From Myxococcota bacterium (GTDB taxonomy: Bacteria; Myxococcota_A; SURF-8), in contig CAXXQS010000001.1 of assembly GCA_963674735.2 (NCBI GenBank), positions 576,001-640,000 on the forward strand: a stretch of 64,000 nucleotides of DNA, given 5' to 3'. Within the stretch, counting starts at the first letter, position 1. Each line of letters starts with the position of its first letter. Positions 27,121-35,654 of the stretch are shown here, piece by piece. The translations under genes were made by a program, and so were the position numbers. Below the pieces are notes generated by a model. That model was given only the letters and a program-made list of their open reading frames with translations. It was not told the DNA's origin and made no database searches.

Positions 27121-27759
27121 TCATGGTGACTTCTGAACCCCTCGTTTTCGAGGCCATTCTCCAGCCTCTACGAGACGGCGTCGGAGAGTTGCCCGGTCGA
27201 CATCCAGCATTTTTGAAACAGCCTTCAATCCATGACCTTCGTTGAACAATGCAAGGGCAGGTCGGATGTCCACTTCCTTCACAGGACGGCCACAATGTTT
27301 ACCGGCAGCCTTTGCCCGGTTTACTCCGGCCTGAACGCGTTCAATCAGTATGGATTTTTCTAGTTCGGATATGGCCGAAACGATGGTGAACATTGCCCGA
27401 CCCATTGGGGTCGTGGTGTTAATTTGTTCTCTCAAGCTGATAAAATCGACATTAAGAGTCTTGAATTCTTCCAGAGCCTGGATGAGGTGTTGGGTGCTAC
27501 GAGCAAATCGGTCGAACCTCCAGACAGCCACAATGTCGAGTTTTCCTGCCCGTACGTCTGTCATCATCTGGTCAAGGGCAGGTCTGGATTCCTTGGAGCC
27601 GGAAATCCCTTCATCTATATAGGTATTAGTCGTCCATCCACGTTGCTCGGCAACCTGACGAAGCTCATCAATTTGCATTCCCACATCCTGGCCATGGCCG
27701 GTGGTGCTAATTCTGCCGTATAGCCCGGCTCGGATTTTCTTCTCAGTTTTGGTTGTCAT
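27121..27759 (-). CDS. Small serine recombinase (resolvase/invertase) with C-terminal HTH
   Basis: YGRISTTGHGQ, DEGISG...RPAL, VWRFDRFARS, ELEKSILIER, GKHCGRP. Confidence 0.93.
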   Translation of the reverse strand: MTTKTEKKIRAGLYGRISTTGHGQDVGMQIDELRQVAEQRGWTTNTYIDEGISGSKESRPALDQMMTDVRAGKLDIVAVWRFDRFARSTQHLIQALEEFKTLNVDFISLREQINTTTPMGRAMFTIVSAISELEKSILIERVQAGVNRAKAAGKHCGRPVKEVDIRPALALFNEGHGLKAVSKMLDVDRATLRRRLVEAGEWPRKRGVQKSP

Positions 27760-27808
27760 CAGTTCAAATACTCCCTGAGTTCGAGGTAACTTTTTTTCGT
27801 TCTCACTC

Positions 27809-27842
27809 CAACAACTGAGAACCAGAGGAAACTAAGCCAGAA
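27809..27842 (-). promoter_or_regulatory. Bipartite motif, copy 3
   Basis: Reverse complement TTCTGGCTTAG TTTCCTCTGG TTCTCAGTTGTTG, 49 nt before the recombinase ATG. Confidence 0.8.
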
Positions 27843-27960
27843 AACTTTCAAAACTTTTGGAGACCCTGAAACTTTCCAGACCAGACCAGGCCAGAACCGT
27901 TTAGTAAATTTCCGCCCCGGTACCTTCCGCCTCAAAAAGGTGTATTGAATACACATGTAA

Positions 27961-27973
27961 AATCAACCACTTA
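27961..27973 (+). promoter_or_regulatory. IHF consensus site between the divergent recombinase genes
   Basis: AATCAACCACTTA matches WATCAR-N4-TTR. Confidence 0.5.
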
Positions 27974-28021
27974 GATTAAAACCAGGTATTAAAACTGGTG
28001 TTGTAGCAAATTTTTTTCACT

Positions 28022-28055
28022 TTCTGGCTTAGTTCGTCTGGGTTCTCAGTTGTTG
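28022..28055 (+). promoter_or_regulatory. Bipartite motif, copy 4
   Basis: TTCTGGCTTAG TTCGTCTGGG TTCTCAGTTGTTG upstream of xis-int. Confidence 0.8.
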
Positions 28056-28267
28056 TAGTGCCCCTGGAATTGGTTTTCGTTGGATTTGGGGTAACAGAAT
28101 CATCGGGCAATGGTGCCCGGTGAAGCCCGGTGGATGGAAAACTTTACTTTTCGGAGATCCGTTTTTGCTTCGGTCGGTAGAGTTCCTATAGCTGCCGTTT
28201 GGTAGTAGCTGGTGGCAACGAAAGGCCATCAGGGGAATTCTGAACCAATAGTAAGGAGAAGGTAACA

Positions 28268-28471
28268 ATGGACTCAACAACAACCGAAAACACCCCGAAC
28301 ATTTCGAACCTGACGGACATCATGACCGTCGACGAGGTAGCGGCATTTCTCCGGCTGGACCGGAAGACAGTGTACGACCTCGTGCAGCGGAAAGAAATCA
28401 AGGGTTGGAAGAAAGTCGGACGGCAGATCCGGTTCTCGAAACGGGCTCTGGTGAAATGGATTGAAGGATAA
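28268..28471 (+). CDS. Excisionase-like HTH protein
   Basis: IMTVDEVAAFLRLDRKTVYDLV...KVGRQIRF; directly upstream of the integrase. Confidence 0.9.
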   Translation: MDSTTTENTPNISNLTDIMTVDEVAAFLRLDRKTVYDLVQRKEIKGWKKVGRQIRFSKRALVKWIEG

Positions 28472-28483
28472 ACCACAACGATC

Positions 28484-29548
28484 ATGGCTGTCCGAAGGAA
28501 AAAGAACGGAAAAATCATGGTGGACTTCTGGTTGACTCACCCGGATGGCCACCGTGAACGTATCCGTAAAACCAGCCCGATAAGCACCATTCGGGGGGCG
28601 GAGCGGTACGAACGGGAACTGAGGGAATCCATGTTGAATGGCACCTTCGAGAAGCCCGTCGAAAAAGAGGTTCCCCTGTTTTCCGAGTTTGCCGACACGT
28701 TCATCCAGGACTATGCCGATGTTCAGAACCGGCCCAGCACCGTGATTGGGAAAAAGAAAAACCTAAGAATCCATCTCGTCCCGGCCTTCGGGCATCTCCG
28801 GCTGGATCAAATCTCCCAACATCGGATCGACCTCTACAAACGTCAGAAATTGGACGAGGGTTTGAAGGCCAAGACGATCAATAACCACCTGACCTGTCTC
28901 AGAAAACTGCTGACCATTGCCCATGACTGGGGCCATCTCAGCATCATCCCGGCCATCAAGTGGCTGCAAGTGGAAAAGCCGGGCTTCGATTTCCTGACTT
29001 CCGAGGAAAGCCACCGGTTGATTGAGTCGGCATTGGGGCAATGGAGGATGATGATCCTGTTCGCCCTGCGGACGGGAGCCAGGCAAGGCAACCTGTTGGA
29101 AGTCAGGTGGGATGACATTTCCCTGACGGAGGGCAATGAAAAAGTGAGGCTCTCCCGTAGCCATCACAGGGGACATACCGGACCCAACAAGGGGGGGCAA
29201 CCCTACGAGATTCCGATGTCAGATGGCCTTATTCAAGCCTTGAAAGCCTACAAACGGAAAACGGGTGGGAAGGGTCATGACCTTCTGTTTCGGGATTCAC
29301 AGGGCAACCAGTTGACCGATGGGCAATGTAAATGGCCGTTGTGGAATGCCTGTGAGGCTGCCGGGCTGCGTCGGATCGGCTGGCACGTCCTCCGACACAG
29401 CTTTGCCAGTCATCTCATCATGAACGGGAACTCGATCAAGGTGGTTCAGGAGCTGATGGGGCATACGGACATCCGTACCACCATGAGGTACATGCATCTT
29501 TCCCCGGAGGTCAAGCGGGATGCTGTGGCGGGGTTGGATGAGATTTAG
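28484..29548 (+). CDS. Tyrosine recombinase / integrase
   Basis: TGAR, HVLRHSFAS, LMGH, TTMRY catalytic residues. Confidence 0.95.
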   Translation: MAVRRKKNGKIMVDFWLTHPDGHRERIRKTSPISTIRGAERYERELRESMLNGTFEKPVEKEVPLFSEFADTFIQDYADVQNRPSTVIGKKKNLRIHLVPAFGHLRLDQISQHRIDLYKRQKLDEGLKAKTINNHLTCLRKLLTIAHDWGHLSIIPAIKWLQVEKPGFDFLTSEESHRLIESALGQWRMMILFALRTGARQGNLLEVRWDDISLTEGNEKVRLSRSHHRGHTGPNKGGQPYEIPMSDGLIQALKAYKRKTGGKGHDLLFRDSQGNQLTDGQCKWPLWNACEAAGLRRIGWHVLRHSFASHLIMNGNSIKVVQELMGHTDIRTTMRYMHLSPEVKRDAVAGLDEI

Positions 29549-29576
29549 TTCCTATTGTTTATTCAACCTCGGTTGT

Positions 29577-31163
29577 TCAATTCGAAAGCACATACGGTAA
29601 AATATCTTTCAATGAAGTCAAATCACGAATATTGTTGGTCCATTCTTTTGGATCGTTTCCGTCAACAAAATGTGGATTGATACATAATGTTCTTGCACCA
29701 GACAAATAAGCAAATCGATCATTCATGGAATTCCCAATATATAATATTTCATATGGGTGTACATCATGCAATTTTGCAAGTTCTTTAAGATATAATGCTT
29801 TCCCCTCAAAATCATATTTCGTTCCAATGATCGTATCGATATCTCCAGAATCCTTATAGCGCATACTATTTGACTTGATAGTTGAAAATAAATTTTCATG
29901 TACTCCAAGCACTTCACGAATTACTACATCAATTGAACCAGACAGTACATGTAGAGAAATTCCTTTTTCCTTTAGATGCTTTAAAGTCCATGGAACATCA
30001 TCAAGCAGAGTAAATTTTCTTGCAACTTCAAGCACTTTGTTTTTTGTCAATTTACCTTTCTGGAAGTACTTTAATGTAACGTCGCACCACTGTTGATGCG
30101 AAATGACTCCACGTTTAAACTGTGTAGTGTATTTTGCACAGTCATTGACAGTGTAACCAGCTTTAAGCCATAATTCTTCCCAAACATTTAGATTCGTATT
30201 TTGCTTTGTTAATGTACCATCAAAATCAAACACAACAACTTTTGCTTGAAACAAAGAGCGTGATGTCGTCAGCTTTGTCCCTAACTGTTTTCCTCTGTAG
30301 GTGTTAAAGTATTCATAATACTGATAAGAAAAATCATCAACCCTCCCAATCTTTAATTCTGACTTATGAATTTCTAATACTATTGCTATCAGTTGAACAT
30401 CAATTTCTGATGCAAAAGGAAAGACAGTCTCTCCATGCTTGAACTCTTTACTTGGTCTTTCATATAATGCATACTTAGCTTTAGAAATACCACTGGATAT
30501 TTCCATGTCACGAAGTGATATTCCCTTGCTTCTTCTAAAATAGTATAATTTATAGCAATTGACTCGTACTTTCTCATTATCACAAGAACGCTTCTCTAAT
30601 TGCTTCCTTTTTTGCATAAGAAAGTTTTTAAACAGTCCTGCCCACTGTTGTCTAAGCCAACCAGATATTTCATTTGCAGTTGTAAATGGCTTTACAAATT
30701 GTGAAACATCAGAATTGTAAACGCTCTCAATGAGTTCAAAAATGCTTGGATTGTCTACATGTGCATATTCCAAATTCATATTTCTATTATTTTTTAGCCA
30801 TGTTTCGTATCCAGCCTGGACCACATTGTCAACAAAAACATGTATTGGGATGTTTGAAGCAAGCGCTGTTTCATATTCTTTTTGGATGATTGAGTTGTAT
30901 TTTTTCATTCGTTTACGGATATGACGAAGGTCATCAGAAGTTGGACTTCCAAATCTTCCTCCAATAATTAGGATAAACAAGTCTGATTTCATTACTTCTT
31001 CATAGCACGACCTATCTGCATCTTTGTCATAGTCAAATGGTATTCCACCTTTTTCAAACATAGTGGCTTTGAAACCCATACTATCAATAAAAACATCTAG
31101 AGAAGCACGAACTTCCCTAAGGTCAATGTAGGTGGAGCTAACGAAAACATTTGGCTTTGACAT
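29577..31163 (-). CDS. DUF4062 - XRE-like HTH - HAD phosphatase fusion
   Basis: VFVSSTYIDL...DLFILIIGGRFGS...EYETA (DUF4062); LYYFRRSKGISLRDM...GISKAKYALYE (HTH); VFDFDGTLT, LSGS, K, YIGNSMND (HAD); GAGGT RBS before 31163. Confidence 0.8.
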   Translation of the reverse strand: MSKPNVFVSSTYIDLREVRASLDVFIDSMGFKATMFEKGGIPFDYDKDADRSCYEEVMKSDLFILIIGGRFGSPTSDDLRHIRKRMKKYNSIIQKEYETALASNIPIHVFVDNVVQAGYETWLKNNRNMNLEYAHVDNPSIFELIESVYNSDVSQFVKPFTTANEISGWLRQQWAGLFKNFLMQKRKQLEKRSCDNEKVRVNCYKLYYFRRSKGISLRDMEISSGISKAKYALYERPSKEFKHGETVFPFASEIDVQLIAIVLEIHKSELKIGRVDDFSYQYYEYFNTYRGKQLGTKLTTSRSLFQAKVVVFDFDGTLTKQNTNLNVWEELWLKAGYTVNDCAKYTTQFKRGVISHQQWCDVTLKYFQKGKLTKNKVLEVARKFTLLDDVPWTLKHLKEKGISLHVLSGSIDVVIREVLGVHENLFSTIKSNSMRYKDSGDIDTIIGTKYDFEGKALYLKELAKLHDVHPYEILYIGNSMNDRFAYLSGARTLCINPHFVDGNDPKEWTNNIRDLTSLKDILPYVLSN

Positions 31164-31193
31164 CACTACCTCATTAAAAAAGCCATATTCCTT

Positions 31194-31214
31194 TTTGGGC
31201 ACTATTTGGGCACT
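31194..31214. repeat. Tandem 10-bp direct repeat, integrase arm-site-like
   Basis: TTTGGGCACT-A-TTTGGGCACT, 45 bp from the tmRNA 3' end. Confidence 0.75.
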
Positions 31215-31259
31215 GCTTTTAGGTGGGATTTCTAAGCTGTTGAATTCATAAGCATAGAA

Positions 31260-31611
31260 TGGTGGAGGCGGGGGGAATCGAACCCCCGTCCGAAATGATT
31301 TAAACGCGAGCGTCTACGTGTGTAGTCAATGGGTAAATCTCGATGCGACGGCCACCCATCGACCTAGGCCGACGCATCCAGCTTGATCAATCTTACCTAA
31401 CGCCGCTCAGGCGGCGCAACGTCAGGCCAGCTATCTGATTTGCGCCTCATCCCCAGGCAATAGCAACCCAAGGTGAAACGGGCAACTGCTTATTAAGCTG
31501 CCAATGCGTAGTTGTTTTCGGCAATTATATCGCCTGCCGGCTTTTACGAAGATCCGGCGCTTCGACACGCAGCCCGTGCTCTCCGCACCCCGTCGAAACC
31601 ATGTCGCCCCC
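31260..31611 (-). ncRNA. ssrA: tmRNA, tag peptide (A)AENNYALAA
   Basis: 5' GGGGGCGACATGGTTTCGAC; 3' GGGGGTTCGATTCCCCCCGCCTCCACCA with G3-U acceptor pair; tag ORF at 31493-31522. Confidence 0.97.
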
Positions 31612-32042
31612 ATGCCAAAGAACCATAACCGAGTCATTATTACAGCGATTAAAGGTGAAAGTCAATGGTCCCCGAGCGAATTCTGCCACGCGCAATGCCG
31701 ACCTTGCTTTTGGTCGTCGCCCGGCGGATTTTCAGCATGTATGCCGGTCAGGATCACGATGGTTGGCACGGTGACGGTCTTGAGGGTGTAAGTGGTCTTT
31801 CCTAAAGAGTCTTCAGCCGCTTGCCCACCCGGTTCCGCTTCAGCACCATCCGAATCTTGTCTCATTGCGGTATCTTTTCCGGCGACGCTCTCTTTGATCG
31901 TTGTCGGCAAAAGGCGCAAAAATGGGGCCGTCTCTTATGAAGGGGCGCCATCATGTCTCGGGTCTTGATAAAATGGTGCTTCTAACTATATAATGCCAAG
32001 CTCGTTCGTTGCTGTCGTTCATTCGGAGTCAGGGAGTCCCAC

Positions 32043-33068
32043 ATGCCGTTTCCTTCCGTTTATTTGTCCAAGCCCGCCATTACATTACCGAAAGATGAAT
32101 ATCGAAACGAAAACGTGATGGAGCTGATACGTGAGAATTATTCCGGCGATCAAAACAACTGGCCGTTGATCGAAAACGCGATTCGGAAGGTCTGGGAACT
32201 GTGCGACACGAAAACGCGCTACCTGGACCTCGACGTCACCCACCGCGTGGCCGACTATGCCGTCCGGAGCTCCAAAGACTGTCTGGCGCAGAATGCGGTC
32301 GAAGCGGATCGGCTCGACATGGTCATTTACGGGGGGATCGCCCGTGAATATTTCGAACCCTCGACCGCCATGGAGGTGGCGGGCAAGCTGGGACTCGAAG
32401 CCGTGCATGCTTTCGACGTGACGAGCGCCTGTGCCGGTCTGCTGGAAGGCGTGCATATCGCCGCTTCGCATTTGAATATGCGCGAAGATTACCAGTATGC
32501 GCTGGTTTGTTCGGCGGAACTGACGCGCGAGTTTCTGTCGTTCGATATCCAGAAGCCGGAGGAATTGGTTACGAAAATCGCCGGGTTGACCATCGGCAAC
32601 GCCGCCGCCGCCTGGCTCGTCGGAAAAACGCCGTTTCCGGGCGGTTGCGTGAAGCTGGTCGAGATGCAGAATTACAGCCTGCCGGGTCACTGGGATCTGT
32701 GTAGCGCGCCGATCGACGGCTCCTTCGCGTCGTTTTCCCAGGAATTGTTCAAGCTGAACGTGCATTGCGCCCCGCAGATGAAAATCATGCTGGACGGCCT
32801 GGGCTGGGAGGTCGCCGATATCGATCATTTCGTCTTCCATCAGCCGAGCAAAACCGTCGTTGAGAAGGTTCTGTCCGACTTGGGCGCGGATCCGCAAAAA
32901 GCGGTCTACAGCCATCATCTGTACGCGAATACCTCCAGCACCACCGTTCCTGTGGCCATGCATCAGCTTTTGCAGGAACGCAAACCGAAAGCCGGTGACA
33001 AGTTTCTGTTCTCGACGGCCGCCGCCGGTTTCACCATCGTCAACGCCGCCGGCGAGTGGGTGGAGTGA
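32043..33068 (+). CDS. 3-oxoacyl-ACP synthase III / OleA-like condensing enzyme
   Basis: FDVTSACAG (Cys), FHQPS (His), YANT (Asn). Confidence 0.85.
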   Translation: MPFPSVYLSKPAITLPKDEYRNENVMELIRENYSGDQNNWPLIENAIRKVWELCDTKTRYLDLDVTHRVADYAVRSSKDCLAQNAVEADRLDMVIYGGIAREYFEPSTAMEVAGKLGLEAVHAFDVTSACAGLLEGVHIAASHLNMREDYQYALVCSAELTREFLSFDIQKPEELVTKIAGLTIGNAAAAWLVGKTPFPGGCVKLVEMQNYSLPGHWDLCSAPIDGSFASFSQELFKLNVHCAPQMKIMLDGLGWEVADIDHFVFHQPSKTVVEKVLSDLGADPQKAVYSHHLYANTSSTTVPVAMHQLLQERKPKAGDKFLFSTAAAGFTIVNAAGEWVE

Positions 33069-33072
33069 AAAG

Positions 33073-34179
33073 ATGGGAAAGAACCTGGACGTCTATCGCA
33101 TCCTTCGCCGCAACTTCGGGATCTATTTGCGCCCTCTGGCCACATTCGGACTCTTGCAGGCCCGCCATTTGTTCGATGGCTCCGCGCGTGCGCTGGATCA
33201 CGTTTTGTTTCCCGGCTTTCGCAACGTGCCGATCGAGAAGCCGGTCTTCATCATCGGCAATCCGCGCAGCGGAACCACGTTCGTCCATCGCTTTCTGCTC
33301 CATACCGAGCGGCTTTGCGCCTTCGAACTGTGGGAGATGCTGTTTACCGGCATCGCCGCGCGCAAGCTGATGAAACCACTGGTCGGCGCGCTGGCTCCGT
33401 TGTCGCCCGCTCGCTATCACAGTTCGGACGCGCACGAAACCAGCCTGCGGGACGTGGAAACCGACGACGTGATGGGCTTCTTCAAGTACCTGGACGGCGG
33501 GTTTCTCTGGTCCTATTTCCTGGCCTGGGAGGATCGGTGGGGCAGCGAGCTTTCGAAAACCTATTTCGAGGCGGCCCACATTCCGCGCGAGCGAACCGAC
33601 CGCTTGTTCCGCTATATGGAAGGCTGCTGGCGGCGCAACATGTATTTGAAGCAGCGCAACCGCATGATCGTCAAGTCGAGTCTGTTCACGCTCCAGGTCG
33701 ATGAACTGCTGAATCGCTACCCCGATTGCAAGCTGATTTACATCGTGCGCGATCCGGTCGAGACCATCCCCTCGGGTATGTCGCTGTTGTCGGGAGTCCT
33801 CGAAAATGCGTATCAGATGACGCAGCGAACGCAGCCGGAGAAGCGCGCGCACTACTACGAAAATCTGTACCAGGCCTCGTGTCAACTCTTCCGCAGCTTT
33901 GACGACCGTGTGCAGCTCGGCGGGATTCCGGAACGCAATCTGCGCATCGTCACCTATCCGAGCTTGATGAACGAGCTTGAAAGTACGATGGAAAGCCTGG
34001 TCGACTTCCTCGATATCGATCCCGCCTCCGGATTTGCCGAGCGGCTGACAACGCAGGCGGAAAAACAGCGCAGTCACACGAGCAGCCATCGGTACTCGCT
34101 GGAGAAATTCGGCCTCGACGAAAAACGAATCCGCGAAGATCTGGCCTTTCTCTACGATCGCTACGATCTGCAGCCTTAG
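33073..34179 (+). CDS. Sulfotransferase family protein
   Basis: PVFIIGNPRSGTT (5'-PSB) and YIVRDPVETIPS (3'-PB). Confidence 0.88.
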   Translation: MGKNLDVYRILRRNFGIYLRPLATFGLLQARHLFDGSARALDHVLFPGFRNVPIEKPVFIIGNPRSGTTFVHRFLLHTERLCAFELWEMLFTGIAARKLMKPLVGALAPLSPARYHSSDAHETSLRDVETDDVMGFFKYLDGGFLWSYFLAWEDRWGSELSKTYFEAAHIPRERTDRLFRYMEGCWRRNMYLKQRNRMIVKSSLFTLQVDELLNRYPDCKLIYIVRDPVETIPSGMSLLSGVLENAYQMTQRTQPEKRAHYYENLYQASCQLFRSFDDRVQLGGIPERNLRIVTYPSLMNELESTMESLVDFLDIDPASGFAERLTTQAEKQRSHTSSHRYSLEKFGLDEKRIREDLAFLYDRYDLQP

Positions 34180-34329
34180 GCCGCAGGCCCTAGGCGCGGT
34201 GTTCACGAGGCTACGCAAGCGGGGAAGGGCTATTGGGGATGGGATGGCAGTTTGTTGCCTACTTTCTTGTAGTTGAAATTCGCCTTGCTATGGATGAGAG
34301 GTTATCTGTTTTATAGCGGTGGAATCGGT

Positions 34330-35007
34330 TTAGTTATCGTTTACGCCCATAATGATTCTCCACATGGACTCATTGTAATCATAGGAATGCTTGCCGTAAA
34401 TCAAGTTCCACACGATTTTGATATTCCATGTTGTTACAAAGAGATAGGCACAAAAAAATGTACCCGGAGGGATGAAAATCATAGAGCTTCCATCATACCA
34501 ATGCACCAGGATGAAAACGCTTCCCCAAAGGCACAAACTGGAGAGAAGAAAAAACGTCAAGTAACAAAACACCCAGTATCTATGAGTCATTCTCAGGAAA
34601 ATGAGATCTATGGCTCTTGAGACACCAGAAGAATCTGTATCCTGTCTAGTTTCAATAAGCGGATATTGCCTGAATTCTCTTAGCGCGTTCTCCCAACCCA
34701 TAAATCTGTTCGCGCGTAGATATCCAAGAGCAAGTCCTTCCAGAATTCGATAGTATCCAACGATGCGGGTAATCGTTGTGGCCTTGTCAAAAAAAACAAG
34801 CCAGGCTGGTAAAAGGATAACAAGCGGTAGGAGAAAAATGATGCCAAGGAAAAGTCTGTTTTCCTGTGCAAATGCAGATCCTATTCCGAGTAAAGCTCCC
34901 GTTGCTGCTACAGACGATGTTAAAAAGGTGATCTGACAACCTTTCAAACTAACCAGTTCGTCTCGAAGGCTATCCTTTTCGCTTTCAAAGAAATTATCGA
35001 TTTGCAT
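34330..35007 (-). CDS. Low-GC four-TM hypothetical protein
   Basis: GAGG RBS; two hydrophobic hairpins; AT-richer than its flanks. Confidence 0.7.
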   Translation of the reverse strand: MQIDNFFESEKDSLRDELVSLKGCQITFLTSSVAATGALLGIGSAFAQENRLFLGIIFLLPLVILLPAWLVFFDKATTITRIVGYYRILEGLALGYLRANRFMGWENALREFRQYPLIETRQDTDSSGVSRAIDLIFLRMTHRYWVFCYLTFFLLSSLCLWGSVFILVHWYDGSSMIFIPPGTFFCAYLFVTTWNIKIVWNLIYGKHSYDYNESMWRIIMGVNDN

Positions 35008-35255
35008 CCGCGTACCTCAGTCACCAGCTAGACATTTGCCTGCGGCTTGTTACGGCCACTCCTCGTTGAAGCAAAATCATCCCAATGCTAATAGTCACAA
35101 ATGAACTACCAATACCGATATTAAAAGTAAAAGTCAACAAAACTCAAACGCATCCGTTCCTGCCCACTGCGTTTGATCTTGACACGCTCCGCGTTTCTGG
35201 CAAGATAGGCCACCTTGACACGCCGGAAGCAATCCGGCCATCCGGGAGGTCCGCT

Positions 35256-35612
35256 ATGCCCAGTCAGCCGTCGAAAGATATGGAACGATTCCCCAATCCC
35301 AACCCCGATCGGGATTATGAGATTCGCATTACCTCGCCCGAGTTCACCGCCCTGTGCCCGTGGACCGGCCAGCCGGATTTCGCCGAAATCGAGATCGCCT
35401 ATATCCCCGACGAATGGTGCGTGGAACTGAAATCCTACAAACTCTATCTGTGGTCGTTTCGCGAGGAAGGGCACAGCCACGAAGCCGTTACCAACCGCAT
35501 TCTCGACGACCTGGTCGCGCTCATGTCTCCGCGCAAGCTCACGGTCGTCGGCCGCTTCAACGTGCGTGGCGGCATCACCACGACCGTCACCGCCGATTAC
35601 CACAAGCCCTAA
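35256..35612 (+). CDS. queF: NADPH-dependent preQ0 reductase (short type)
   Basis: [30 protein letters not shown]; GGAGG RBS. Confidence 0.93.
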   Translation: MPSQPSKDMERFPNPNPDRDYEIRITSPEFTALCPWTGQPDFAEIEIAYIPDEWCVELKSYKLYLWSFREEGHSHEAVTNRILDDLVALMSPRKLTVVGRFNVRGGITTTVTADYHKP

Positions 35613-35654
35613 ATGTAAGGGGTTTCGCGTCTTTGGCGTGTGTTTCGCGAAAGA

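Larger units (their letters stand above)
1..31259. mobile_element. Composite genomic/defence island adjoining the tmRNA 3' end; left boundary not seen, probably more than one element
   Basis: Tyrosine integrase + xis near tmRNA, arm-type repeats beside tmRNA, serine recombinase, dense defence cargo, abrupt compositional change at about 31260; no duplicated tmRNA 3' end spotted in the window. Confidence 0.85.

Noticed and set aside
31662-31919. Small ORF upstream of tmRNA (possible smpB)
   Set aside because: No SmpB motifs and weak coding evidence
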